This document shows, piece by piece, positions 50,263 to 64,000 of a DNA stretch of 64,000 bases (positions are counted from its first letter, which is position 1; each line of letters begins with the position of its first letter). The position numbers were made by a program, and so were the translations under genes. The stretch is taken from positions 1,798,001-1,862,000 of the forward strand of contig NC_092674.1 in the NCBI RefSeq assembly GCF_964355755.1, read 5' to 3'. Origin of the DNA: Antedon mediterranea. Taxonomy: Eukaryota; Animalia; Echinodermata. A model generated the notes under the pieces. It searched no databases, was not told the origin of the DNA, and saw only the letters and a list, made by a program, of their open reading frames with translations.

Positions 50263-51331
50263 TAGTGGATTTGTTATTATTAATCTGGGAACTTCCGTTG
50301 AAATGATTCATTTAATTCGTAATCGCGTTTGTTCATTTCCGTTCAAGTTCGTTTCCTACTTCATGTCACGTCAGCAGTGCAGGCAGGAATGACATTTCAA
50401 CCATTTCCGGTTCCTTGGTTATGCACTTCCCACATACCGGTTGCTATGCTATGCATGGAAAGACAAATCACGTATAGCTTACTTGGGACATTGTAATAGG
50501 ATTATCAAATCATTAGCCGCGTTCATTTTCTATACATTTTCGTGTTAAATTATGTGTTTAAATTAGTTCTATAAATTAATTCAATTCTAAATAACTTTCT
50601 TTCGTGGGAATCACCCACCTTTATTTTAATTTCTTCTCATTTTCATTAACATGACTTAACAGGTATTTATAAACGTATTCATTTACTAACCAATGTATAC
50701 AATTCATAAAATGTCATTCTTAAATAACTTTAATTAAATAATTTCTTTTCTTTTCACCATGATAAACATCAATAATAGAGCGATAATTGAATAATTGAAT
50801 AAATTCAATATCCCTATTGTGTACGTATAATAGCGACAATAGCAAGGACAATAAGTCTATTCATAGATATTTCTTTGTATAAAAGAAGGTTAGTTTTTAA
50901 ATGCGTTATGAAGGTTAACGAATAAATTTGCATTTCTTTTGATCTTTATAAATTATGATACGAATTGTTATCGGTGGTATTAAGGTCATGTACTCGATAC
51001 TCTTAAGCTCTGTCTACACTATTAAACTAGTTTGATGTGCCCAAATATGGTATTGATATACCCATATATGTGCACCTTACTTTTGATTTTGTCACATAAA
51101 GTTTGATAGTGTAGAGACAGAGCTTTAGCTTTGGCAGATAGTATCCGGTAGATCTGACAACCTATTAGGAAACATAAACAAAGAAATCCTAAAATGTAAA
51201 TAGGCCTACATCTATCGATAAGTTAATGACAGACTACTATCACACCACCGAGACGCACGCGAAAACGTACGTGCAGCGCAAGTAATTTGAAAAATCGTGA
51301 CGGGAATGATGATCCATCGCGTCGACTTGCC

Positions 51332-51730
51332 TTGCGCTTACGTCCTTGCGTTGCGCTTGCGTCATTACGTTGCGCTTACGTCCGTGCGTTGCGCTTGCGT
51401 CATTACGTTGCGCTTACGTCCGTGCGTTGCGCTTGCGTCATTACGTTGCGCTTACGTCCGTGCGTTGCGCTTACGTCCGTGCGTTGCGCTTACGTCCATA
51501 CGTTGCGCTTACGTCCGTGCGTTGCGCTTACGTCATTACGTTGCGCTTACGTCCGTGCGTTGCGCTTACGTCCGTGCGTTGCGCTTACGTCCATACGTTA
51601 CGCTTACGTCCGTGCGTTGCGCTTACGTCCGTGCGTTGCGCTTACGTCCATACGTTACGCTTACGTCCGTGCGTTGCGCTTACGTCCATACGTTACGCTT
51701 ACGTTCGTGCGTTGCGCTTACGTCCGTGTA
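51332..51730. repeat. 19-bp minisatellite (gttgcgcttacgtccgtgc)
   Basis: Directly visible; explains ORFs 51287-51796. Confidence 0.95.
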
Positions 51731-54700
51731 AATTTAATTGATTGCTCGTACACAAAATACAATTTTATTCGAAAATTACAAATAGGTCAAAGTTAAAAGA
51801 ATCAAATTGCAAAAATATCATTATGCAATTATGACATTTAAAAAAGATTACTGCGCATGTCAAGTAAGCATGGCAACAACATTCATGAAATACCGACAAG
51901 CGACATACCACCATGTGACGTATGATATTTATATAAATGACAAGAATATCCAATAAAAACAAACAATTATTAGACATGTTATATTTAATACAAGGAATAA
52001 TAATTAAATTTATTGAAACGAAGACACCATCAATAGTAGGCTATTACACCATTTGTTATTTCATTAATTTTCCATAATTAATATAAGAAAATAAAACAAG
52101 TAGATCAAAACGTTAAGATTAAAATGATATAGTATAACATTACATGATAGGACAAAATGCCAATTCCACACCTTTGGTGCTGTTATATTTTTATATATAC
52201 AAGTTTCTAAAGCCGATTTTCCACTAGGCGAATTTGTTCGCGCATGTGTAGAAAGGTATTTGGAAGATGAAAATATGAATACGCATGCGTACAAGCTGGC
52301 GCTTTCGAATCGCGCGAATCACAGCCTGCGTATATGTCTATAGGCCGATAAGTAAACATATCACTCCAGTTTTTTTAAACAACATGTAGCTAGAATATTC
52401 ACAACAAAAACTCGTCTTCTCTCAATGATTACGAGAAATGATCCTAACATAATTAATAAAGCTATCGCGTCAATTGCTCCCCTGAGACCCACGCGTTTAT
52501 TTTAAACTAATCTTCAATCACCCGTGACTAATGACGATTTTCACTTGATCACGTGACAGCACTAATTACGACTCAATTTAGTTGTAGAAATCTGTAAGTA
52601 AAAATCTGTAAGTAAAAGAAAACAAAATATTATAGCCCAATAGTATTTCAAAAGGATAGTAACAATAGACATTTAGTCATTACTAATACGGCAGTGAGTT
52701 GTAGGTCTACTGAGATGTTATAAGCGACACAAATTATCAGATTATTATTTTAGAGTTATTCATTCATTCATTGTTATATTTCGGATAGTACATCCATAAA
52801 CAAAGGAACCAGAAAATGAATAAATAAAGTGCGGATAACCAATTAAAACAAATTATTAATTTGTACCAACGCTGATGAAATTTGGATTGTGAAAATTAAC
52901 ATAACATCTTCCTAATTTAAAACATCAAATATTAATTTGTACCAACGCTGATGAAAGTTGGATTGTGAAAGTAAATTACATATTAGTCTATGGATTGAAC
53001 AAAAGTTATACAGACATGGAGATTCTCCGTGCGAGAACTGTAAATTAATATTCAAACACTGATCTATTACCGTAGGTCATCATTTAATTCAATTGGTTTT
53101 ATTTTCCCCAAGCACATACATAGAGGATGCGCAATTGAAGATCTGTGCTACGTAAAGCTTGGTTCCCATTAGGACGCACGCAAAGACGTATAAAGCGTGT
53201 TGACCAATGACAAGCGACAGTTCGAATAATCCATCGCTTGTGATTGGTCAACTCACTCACGCTGCGTCTCTAGTGAGAACCAACCATAAGTGACGTTGAT
53301 CTAGTTATCAATTCACTTGGCTTACGTCCTTGCGTTGCGCATCTAGTGGGTTAATTAATTTTACGGATCGCATAGCAATGAATAGTTGAATTTGGGGACA
53401 AAGATTTCCCCTAACAAAAAGGGTACAACCACGCATTATTCTTATTACACGCACCATTGCGTTTAAATAGACATCGAGTGTGTAATTGAATATAAGAATA
53501 ACCCACGAACAATACGTCACACAACAAGATTTTATATAAACCGCGACAAATAGTTTTGTATTGTTGTTGACAATACATGAAAAAAGGGAGAGAAGTTAAA
53601 ACGTAAGCAGTATGCGACAATAATTCTATTTGTATGAATTTTAAAATACAAACGACAATGAAAATAAAATAATACGCCTTCGGCCATAAACTAATTGTAA
53701 ACATATTATCGCACCTCTTCATTGGGACCCCTCTAGGAGACAACTTACCCGTCAAACAAACGAACAGAAATATGTTTAACAAGACGGTGAACACCGCTAG
53801 CTTGATTTCCATTTGGACGCAACGCAATGAAGTATTCACAACGCAAGTTAGTGAGTTGACCAATCATAAGACAGTTGGTCAAATTATTTTGGGCGCGCTT
53901 AGGTCCTAGCGGGAAAGAAGCTTGATAGTTGTTTGGTGTGGAATCGTCTTCCTCGGCAATACTTTTTGTAACAATCAATTATATACTACTACTACTACTA
54001 CTACTGTAACAGATTCCGCATTGCCAATAAAGTAATCCAACCCAATATCTGAAACAATGCGACGGGCGCTAGAAGGCTGGGTGATAGGCTTACTTGCGCA
54101 GCGGCGATTTGACTTGAATTTTGACTATTTTTAACACACACAAGTAAACCACTGAGTTAAATTGGCTTGTTAGTTCCGCAAATTAGCATAATTTACTTTT
54201 CGGTGTAGAAGTCATATGGCCTATAGACTTGGAGTGATAACGCAACGACGTAGACACAACAAATGAAATTTGACCAACCACAACGCGATAGGATCATCGG
54301 AATTGTCGCTTGTGAATAGATCATACATCCTTGTGCTGCGTCCAAATGGAAACCAAGCTTTACGCGCGCGTGGTTCCTATGACGCAATCAAGTATAAGTA
54401 ATTTGACCAATCACAACCAGACATTTCAACCAAGTGGGAAGGAACATTATACACTTTTAGTACTGTACATCTTGAAAATAATATTTTCCGATAACTCTAT
54501 AGAAAGTAAGTTGTCCGCATACACATATACATGGGTTCGCATATCATTGTAGCTGTCTACTGAGGCTTAGAGGGGACTAACAATAGGCTAGTTTCAAATA
54601 GTCCTCTCCTCAGTTACTAAATCAGCTTGGCTTAAAAAATCCCCTTCTCACTCACCAAATCAACTCAAACTCACATCTTTACTTTGTTTAATTTTGATAC

Positions 54701-56487
54701 CAAAATAAGTAAAAGACGCACAGAAGCAATAATTGTATCCACAATAACCCATACAACTTTTAAGTAATAATAGTTTCCATAGAAACATTTAAAACATAAG
54801 TTATAATAGTTTCCATGGTAACATTTAAAATATATGTAATAATGGTATCCATGGCAACAATTAAAACATAGTTAATAACTTTATACATGAGTTCACACAT
54901 TCCAAGGGGTCTCATATTTTTGAAACAACACTAGTAGTGAAAGTAAACATGACAATGAATCATTGTTATCAGCAGCAACAGATGAAAAACCCCAGCATTG
55001 TTCATCTGCCACCTGTTATACAGTGCCTCTCATAAAACACTCTAGGACAAAGAAAAAAACACATTTTTATACTTCATGTTTTCTAACTAATAATACTCCC
55101 TCTCAATTCAATTTATTTTCCACATACACCACCTACAAGCATGTACATGAAGGATGCATATTTTAAGATCTGTGCAACGTAAAGCGCAAATCTTTAAGCT
55201 AATAAACACCCTCAATATGTTTTGTAATTGTTATCACTTTCTTATTTCAAAAATTTTAAATATTGTATAACTCGTTGAGATAACTTCATTAAGTTTTTGA
55301 ATGGTCCGTTACAAACATGGTATTTTTGACATTCTTAGCTATTTCAACAAGTACTTATTTTACAGTCTTACCTAATTAAATATGGCAAATACTCCTCAGA
55401 GAATAGTGTAGTTAAATGAAGGCTACAACCATATTCCTGAAAATAAAAACAAATCACACTTTTAATGCCTTATTTTCCAGTGTAGGATTAACATAGAAAT
55501 AGTTAGACTGCCAACAAAGTCAGTAAAAATGTGTGTGGATTGACAATTGGTATAATATTTTAATAATATAATATATCTAGCAACAGCTAACATCTAAAGC
55601 TCTGTTTACACTATCAAACTTTATGTGATGTGCCCATATATGGACATGCTGATGTCATACCACTACCATATTTAAGCATATCACTACCATATTTCGGCAC
55701 ACAACACTTTTTTTGTGAAACTAGTTTGATAGTGCAGACAGAGGTTAATACGAAGAGTTTGGTAATAGGAATAATTTTGTTTGAAATAAGATAAATCATG
55801 TAGATAAGTTAGTTAGTTACTACTCATTATGACCGATATCATTTTACCAATTTAACTTGAATTGAATTTAGTCTAATTTAGCAAGATTAACAAACTATTT
55901 ATTGGTCTTCAATATTTAAATGATGTCCCAATCATCATCATACATCGCATAAGGCAAACTTTTGTCAGATAAAAATGTTTGATCATTTACAGAGTAAAAA
56001 CCTATTTGAAAGGTCAAAATCAGGTCGGTATTTATGCTAAGGCAGGATATCGAACATGCACACAAGACATGTCGTCGTCAAGTGATTATAGTTAGATATT
56101 GTGTTTATAAACCTAGATAGCGTTCGTTCTCGTTTACATACACCATCGCAGCTAAACTTTGTTCTTTACACAATCAATAGTTTGATGTAGAATATACTAG
56201 TAACACTTTAGCGATAGCTTCATCTTCATGAAACCCAAAATAAACCAAACAGTACACACTATCATACAGTATTAGGATTTCGGCATTAGCGCCATTATAA
56301 TTATCTTTTTACCATTGGAATTGATCACGATTAGTTTGTACCATGAATAACTGAATCATGCCAAAGAATAAATGCCTTTTTTTGCTATAGTGATAATTAA
56401 AACTGAAGTCGTACTCGCATTGAATATCAAACATAAAAAATGTGACATTCAAGAAAATTACTATATGCTAGATTTCTTACAGTATGT

Positions 56488-56892
56488 ACATGTTGACCTC
56501 TGTCTAATACATGTTGACCTCTGTCTGTTACATGTTGACCTCTGTCTAATACATGTTGACTTCTGTCTGTTACATGTTGACCTCTGTCTAATACATGTTG
56601 ACCTGTCTATTACATGTTGACCTCTGTCTATTACATGTTGACCTCTGTCTGTTACATGTTGACCTCTGTCTGTTACATGTTGACTTCTGTCTGTTACAAT
56701 ATGTTGACCTCTGTCTGTTACATGTTGACTTCTGCCTAATACATGTTGACCTCTGCCTATTACATGTTGACCTCTGCCTATTACATGTTGACCTTTGTAT
56801 GTTCCGTGTTGACCTCTGCTTGGTACGTGTTGACTTCTGCTTGGTATGTGTTGACCTGTAAATGCTACATGTTGACCTCTGTCTGTTACATG
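56488..56892. repeat. 21-bp minisatellite (acatgttgacctctgtctgtt)
   Basis: Directly visible. Confidence 0.95.
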
Positions 56893-57439
56893 CGACATTT
56901 GCCTGTTTTTGTTGACTCTGTTACATGAGCAACTCTCTGGGCAACTCTCTGTCTACTTTTGCATGCTTGTTGTTGACCTGCCCTGCTGCATGTTTTATAA
57001 TTTATGTCCAAAGTCACTACAACCTCCTTTACCTACATTAAAACATTAAAATACATTGAATATATTAATTCTGGAATTTCCAATGGAAATTTTCTGTTAC
57101 AAATTAGTCAGAAAAGGTATATGATCTTTTATCAGATTAATCGCCACTCACAGTTTAAAGTGTAATTCATGAAATATTGTAGTAGTAACATCATGTTTTA
57201 AATAAATAATACAAATTAATTACATTATGTATGTATACATGTACAGTATATCATTATCTCAAACACTAATCGTCGTTAGACATTGCGCGTCTCACTTTTT
57301 GAGCAAGCATGTGTATAGGTCACCAAGTGAGCCTCTCCGAGTGAGCTGGTGTGTTTTCATTTAAACCGAGCATATGACCATACCATGTTCAATTCAATTT
57401 TTCAATTCATCGACATTTTTATTCCATAATCAAAATAAA

Positions 57440-59490
57440 AACATATACAAATACAATACAAATAATAAGATAATGGAATGGGATACAAAATAAGCACAAG
57501 TGCTTTAAGCATGTAACCCTAACAAAAAGATCAAACAATTAGTACAAACAAAAAGAACAAACCAAAATAACATAATGTGATTTACTTAACTTAAATATTT
57601 CTATTGTTATAATATTGCTTTAATCTCTGTTTAAACAAACTTAAAGTGGGGGATTGTTTTATATAGTCTGTTAAATTGTTCCAAATATGTGTTCCTTGGT
57701 AGAAAATACATTGCTGTCCGACTTTGGTGCGTTTTAGTTGTGGACAGTAGTTTGACCTGTTTCTAGTTGAGTAATTATGGAATGAGGCAGATGTACTAAA
57801 TAAGTTATTAAATGATTCAGGTAATAGATTATGTTTATATTGATACATAAATATAGCAGTGTGTTTCGTATAAAGGTCAAAAATATTTAATGTTTGGGTT
57901 GAAATAAAAAGTGGATGAGAAGGATGCATAAAATGAACATGACAAATATTTCTAAGTGCTTTTTCTGGAGAATATGTATACGGTTTAAGTTTGTAGCAGA
58001 AGTAGCACCCCATACTGTGATAGCATACGTTATTCTAGGTAATATAAGTGCATTGTATACCGTTAACAAGATAACAATTATTCTAGAAATACTGTTTGCT
58101 ACCTCATTTACATGAAAATTAAACGATAAAGTTTCATCCAGAAATAAGCCTAGAAATTTAACTTCAGTAGCTTTTACTATACATTCATTTCCCATCCTCA
58201 ATTCTAGTGAGGTAGTGTCAGCTGACTTATTTCTAGCCTTAAATATAACATATTTTGATTTGTTTACATTTAGCGTTAATTTGTTAGCAATAAACCAGTC
58301 CGAAAGTATAGATAACTCCTGGTTCATTGTATCAAAAGCTTGAGTAATATCATTGTGACTATAAAACACATTTGTGTCATCTGCATACATAATCATGTCT
58401 ACATGGTTACATGCTAGACTAATATCATTAATGAATATAAGAAATAATAATGGACCCAATATGGATCCCTGAGGAACTCCAGTGTTTACTGTCATTTTAC
58501 TAGATGCAGTATTAACAATAAATGTGTATTGTAGTCTTTTTTTAAGATAGTTTGAGAACCAGTTTAGCGGAACTCCTCTTATACCATAAAATCTTAACTT
58601 ATCTAATAATATATCATGATCGATTGTATCAAACGCTTTTGATAAATCAAGGAAAACTCCTAGTGTGAACTCTTTATTCTCAATAGCGTTTGTGATTTTT
58701 TCAATCGATTGTATTAAAGCATGACTAGTTGAATGGTGTTGTCTAAATCCATACTGTGTTTTACTCAGTACGTTATATTTTGAGAGGTAACAAATCGTTT
58801 GATCATACACAATCCTCTCAAATATTTTGGAAAAAAAGGGTAAAATGGAAATAGGCCGATAATTATTTATATCGGAGATGTCACCATTCTTAAATACCGG
58901 GATAACTTTAGCAATTTTTATATCAGCCGGGACACAGCCCCATGATAATGACGTATTAATAATATGCAATAAAGGTTTTAAAATAAACGGGGAAGCAGAT
59001 TTTATGAGTTGGGCACTTATACCATCATGGCCAGGAGAAGTATTCTTTGTGTTTTTAATATAGTGGTTAAGTTCATGTTCAGTAACAGGCTTAAAAAACA
59101 TTGAAGAGGTAAAATTTCCCTTTAAGAAAGTTCTGTGGGTGATTTCTTCATTTTGAGATTCATGCCTAAATTTATTATTTAGTTTTTCTCCAATATTAAT
59201 AAAAGAAGAGTTGAATGCATCAGCTTTCTCATCATTATCAGAGAAAGTCTCAGTACCCAATTTTATTTTTGTAGGCAAATTGGTAGTCTTTTTCCTACCC
59301 ATTATATCATTTAGGATTGTCCACGTTTTTTTAATATCTTGTTTATTTGGACCATATAATATTCTTTTTTCCGATTTCTAATAGTAGTGGTTAACTTGTT
59401 TCTAAAATGTATGTACGTACTTTTATTAGTAGTGGTGTTATTTTGTTTGTACTTTTTATATAATTTATGTTTTTGAGAGATAGTCTTCTT
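57440..59490 (-). mobile_element. 5'-truncated non-LTR retrotransposon (RT domain), frameshifted
   Basis: ORF 57887-59302: NYRPISIL, QYGFR, LDLSKAFDTIDH, GVPQGSILGPLLF, YADD, FLG; C-terminus in ORF 57591-58013. Confidence 0.92.
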
Positions 59491-59849
59491 TTCTTTACAT
59501 CCTTACTCCACTCAAACAATACAATATATATTTTAAGCATGATGTTTACACTTGTAACATTACCTAGAGAAATTTAAGATGGCTGCTGGTCCTGTTGTTA
59601 ACTGACATTGAAACTACCGTTTGTAAAAGGAAAACTCTAAAATACAAAAAAAATAAAAATAACTAAAAAAAACATTGCATTTACAAAAGTAATGTACAAT
59701 TGACTTACATAACAATAAAAAAGATGTAATAAAAACAAATTTAAATTTAAATTTTAAAAAAGGTACAACAATATTGCCTTGTCTCTTAGGTTCTATGAAG
59801 TATGTTTAGCATATTAATTATTGTAGGGATGGGTGAAATTTTAAATCTT

Positions 59850-60075
59850 TGGGTTCTCGGATTGAATTGTTGATATTTGACCTTGCCATAGCAAACGCGC
59901 TATACTACGGATAGTAGAGAGAAAATAACTATGTTCGATAGCTTCTTGCCAAATGTCAGTACAAGATTATCATGTCTGACTTTTAGCAAAGGTAAATTAA
60001 AACATTTTAAAGCTAATTTATATGAATTATGATTAAGGCCAAGAATAATTTGAAGGGCCCTTTTTTTAACCCTTA
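59850..60075 (-). mobile_element. Short decayed LINE 3' fragment
   Basis: KRALQIILG...YKLAL...L..L..R motif typical of RT C-termini. Confidence 0.5.
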
Positions 60076-60619
60076 AATTAGGCATATGAAAATAGTAACC
60101 CATCCCCCAACTTTTCCGGTCAGCAACTCATTACAAAATAATAAAACAGTACAAATAAACACATTTGGTTGAACTCTTGAACTTTTTTATATAAACTCAA
60201 AAACACTCAATCCTCCCCCACTCCCGAGATTAACATGCATTTTCAAAAGACGGCTGCATCATAAGTTATTGTGACTCTAATAGTAACATCCATGGGTTAC
60301 TATTAAAGTAGTGGGTTATTATTATAGATTGACCTACAAGGTGGGTTACTAATCTGATATTAAAACTTGATTTTGATTTGATAATGTCTGTCTTAGAAAT
60401 ACATATCTTTATTCTGCTATTTCAATAGTGACATTTTATTCTATTGTGGTATTCAGTAAATACATAATACGTCATTGATTTGATATAAAAATGGCGCCGA
60501 GTTTGTATTTCACAACCTATGATATCTAAAACAAAATGTCATGCATGTTTTATGCAAAAATTACAATCAGAAAGCAGTTCAATGGTTCAAACCATTATGC
60601 AAATTAGGTGTTGTGGTGG

Positions 60620-62600
60620 GTAGTAACAAAGTGCGAGGCAGCGAGGCACGCGAGGCAGGGAAGGCATGCGAGGCAAGTCAGAAATTTATGCGAGGCATCG
60701 TTTTACCATCATCAAAAAATGCGAGGCATCATTTTATCATTTCTCAAAATTGCAAGGCAGGAAATCACCGAAATTGAAGTAGCCTAGCCTAGACCCGCTA
60801 GGCTAGTTTCCTTTTGCACCTGCCTTGTATTTTAACCAAGGCTTTATCCTGAATACCACAGCTTAGAATTAGTAGGCCTACTTTAATGAAGAAAAATCAC
60901 ATAAAAGTAACAATAAATCCATTAAATTGGTGATTTTACACACGTTGTTTTTCTCGCATTTCGCACACTCAATGTTCAATATTTTGGTTTCTATGGAACG
61001 CCAAAAGAGCAAAATTAATTAGAGGGCTAAAAACTCTGTGGAATCCATTTATATTTAACGCATTATTTGGTGAAAATCAAGTACAATTTCAATAGATTTT
61101 GTCACTGTCAGTAAGGAAAAATGTTACTGTTGATAATGTACACGGTTTCGTTAACCTTTTAAAGAATAAAATAGAAAAATTCATCATAATATCCTTAGTA
61201 GGATGTCCTAGGTCTAGACTAGGTAGTGATGTTGATTTAGGATCGATTATTATTCTTTGAAAACAGAACAGTATCAGCAGTAACATATTACAACATTTTT
61301 ATTGACAAATTAACAAATATATTGAAATAAAACGTGTTTTTCACCAATAAATGCATGAGAAATTGACGCATTCCACTGAGTTTTAGTCCTCTATTATCGT
61401 TGCTCTTTTGGCGCTCCATAGAAACAAAAATATTGAACATTGAATAAGTGAAATTCGCGAACAGTGTGCGAGAAACACGCCTGTAAAATCATTAATTTAA
61501 GGATTTATTTGTTACTTTTTATGTGATTCTTTCATTAAAGTACTCATGAGGTATACTTCTAAGGTGTGGTATTCACACTACACGATAAAGTTAGTTATCA
61601 AATTTGGAGTAAAAATACAAGCGAAGGAAACTAGCTCCAGGTTTATTAGTACGTACATGGACAACAATAAATAAAAATCGTTTGTAATATACCTAGCTTA
61701 CTAAAACAGGAATAGTGTATCATTATTAAATATTACACCAATTATTATTATATCAAAATTGATTAAATTATTTTCTACATAGGCCTCTTATCTAGGTTAG
61801 GGCTAAGCATATTAGCTAAAGTTTAATTTACAATTGTCGGACGTAAGTCTTTTTTCTTTGCGGCATGTTATTGGATCGCCATATCAGTTACCTTTTATTC
61901 ACCGCCAGTTATTGAACTTGTCCTGGCAATCGCTGTTCACCTTATTTGCGAGAGAGGTACACGTGTTGTTCCTAGAGAATGGAATGTCAAAAATGTCTTT
62001 GGCACGCCGCTCAGAGAGAAGTCTGTGCGTTGCTGCTGAAATCACGTGCTATAGTAGGGGAATGCACCACAATCCTCTGAGCTGAGGGCTGAATCATTCC
62101 GCTACCTGCTAAATAGTAAAGAGGGATTTTCCATCTCTCGGGTCTACCGGATCTAGGCGCAGGGGTGTGACAAAATATTATTTTCACTCTGCTATGTTCG
62201 AGAGACATGTGAGTGAACACGCATTTGATGAGTGTGTCGCTATAACAATTATTGTTTATCGAAAGTTGAAGACCGTCGTTCAGATTTTTTAACCGTAGTT
62301 TGGGCACTTTTGTAAAAGTAAAATTTGACACGATATGACTTGAATGAAAAGACAATCGTTACATAAAAATAAACAACATGATGAGTGTATACACGAATAT
62401 ATTTAGATACGCTTGTATCGATTGATTATTAGGCCTATAATATAGCATAATAGCACGTTAAGATATGTCTCGCACCTTTTTGAAATTGTAAACTATATGC
62501 CTCGCATGCCTCGCACTTTTGGAAATGATAAAATGATGCCTCGCACAAATATTTGGCATGCCTCGCGTGCCTCGCTGCCTCGCACTTTGTCAACACTCTG
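60620..62600. mobile_element. Non-autonomous TIR (hAT-like / foldback) element with (gcgaggca) subterminal repeats and an internal inverted arm pair
   Basis: acaaagtgcgaggcagcgaggcacgcgaggca (60626) versus tgcctcgcgtgcctcgctgcctcgcactttgt (62559); ~60850-61080 is inverted relative to ~61335-61575. Confidence 0.65.
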
Positions 62601-62760
62601 TTGTGGTTGGAGAAGACAAGATGGCTGACATGTTTTACCTTGCACATGTGGTTTAGTTGTGTTAGGGTTAGTTGATAATACATTTTATATTTTGCTAGCA
62701 GTATGATATTAAACTGTAAATTTGTAAAACAAAATAAACATCAAATTTCCTAAGATGTGA

Positions 62761-63030
62761 GAGGATGTGGCGCAGTGTGTTGGACATTGGGCTTCTAATC
62801 CAAAGATCAGGTGTTCGATTCTAACACCTATCGCATTGCTTGTATTGTTTAGCAAGAAGGTGTATAAATGTGTACCTGGTAAGGTCAAAACACAACTGCA
62901 CTGATTACTGGCTGCAACATTATATGTTTCCATATGTGTTTAATTCAAAATGACTGGGGTAATAATGTAAAGCGCTTGTAGTCTTTGAACGTTAAGTATC
63001 ATGTAAGAAAAACCTTATTATTATATTATT
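62761..63030 (+). mobile_element. tRNA-derived SINE
   Basis: gtggcgcagtg (A box), gttcgattc (B box), 3' atgtaaagcgctt motif and (TTA) tail. Confidence 0.6.
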
Positions 63031-63800
63031 CTCTTCATCCCATAATTATTGGGAAGTATTACTCAGCAAATGCAAACCAGAGCTAAGCCGGTTACTTTTA
63101 GCTTTGTGGCTACAAAACCTAAAAGGTTTTTAAAGCTCTGTCTACACTATCAAACTTTATTCAATTGCATATCCTGGGAGCTCCAGGGCTGACCCAAAGT
63201 GTAAAAGTCAATTTACACTCGTGAGAGGTAACGGTTAGCGTAAAAACGAGTAGCTTGTCCCATGTAGAATCTGTATCTATCCTGAGCGAAAACCGTAAAT
63301 GGTCATAATAATATAAGGAATAACATAGATTCTATATTTTTATTACCATTGCTGCTCTGCTGTAAATTAGCCTTTTGTTGCGATCGTAGTAAATTTTCTG
63401 AAGCCAAAAACGCTAAAATCTACAAAATCGGTAATCATACTTTAATATCTTGAAACTACATTTTCAAAAAAGCACCTGCTTTTTCTCATAATTCTGGAAT
63501 TTCCAATGGAAATTTTCTAGCAACTTGACAAAAGACCACATCTATTATTGTTGAAACACAAATCCAATATTAGGGATTGCCTTAACAGTTTGGAAAAACA
63601 ACTAAATTGAATAATCTATCTCCTAATTTTGGTCATTTAGAATTGAATTTATTAAGTGAATGTTAATTAGCTTGACAATAGATGAACTTGAGAGATTTGT
63701 CAAGACACGCATAATCAATCGCTGTTTTATATTGTGTAATAAATAATGCTACAAATGTATTCGCCAATTTTGAATGCTCTAATATTTTGGTAGTGTGTGG

Positions 63801-64000
63801 AAACTAATGCCTCTATGTTAGTTATCAAGTCAAATGAACAAGCTAGGTATTCAACATGATGCGTATGATTGAGTCGCAAACTAATGCCTCTATGTTAGTT
63901 ATCAAGTCAAATGAACAAGCTAGGTATTCAACATGATGCGTATGATTGAGTCGCAAACTAATGCCTCTATGTTAGTTATCAAGTCAAATGAACAAGCTAG
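63801..64000. repeat. 77-bp tandem repeat running off the window end
   Basis: ctaatgcctctatg recurs at 63804, 63881 and 63958. Confidence 0.9.

Noticed and set aside
51287-51796. Arg/Cys-rich ORFs
   Set aside because: Products of a 19-bp tandem repeat.
53308-54552. ORFs of 64-150 aa
   Set aside because: No recognisable motifs; they lie in MITE-like repeats (ttgaccaatca, acgcaac family).
56372-56928. HVDLCLL repeat ORFs
   Set aside because: Products of a 21-bp tandem repeat.

Overview
AT-rich eukaryotic genomic DNA, probably from a marine invertebrate (GT-AG introns, LINE/SINE/MITE/Academ-like repeats, many satellites). Two systems stand out. (1) Bases 38-4122 (- strand) hold a multi-exon NLR-like receptor gene (DED, NB-ARC/STAND NTPase, TPR repeats) with one in-frame TAG. 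(2) Bases ~10.5-44.8 kb (+ strand) hold a tandem array of 12 spliced micro-genes plus one degenerate copy, mostly invisible to the ORF track. Each has a related CGCG-type promoter, usually with a TATA box. Each has a 29-53 nt first coding exon for a shared peptide M-x(1-8)-[FYD]-[QE]-P-[SGA]-[PA]-[NT], ending at a phase-2 donor. The second exon is a variable module: di-Gly ubiquitin-like (Ubl) domain (x3), CaaX-tailed Ubl, divergent or truncated Ubl (x2), CCHC UBZ-like zinc finger (x4), single transmembrane tail (x2) or disordered peptide. This looks like an exon-shuffled family of common-tag plus variable-module microproteins lying head-to-head with an NLR. The rest is mostly repeats, including an Academ-like transposon with TIRs/TSD, a Penelope-type hammerhead ribozyme and a long RT LINE fragment. 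All gene models were translated by hand and have no expression support.
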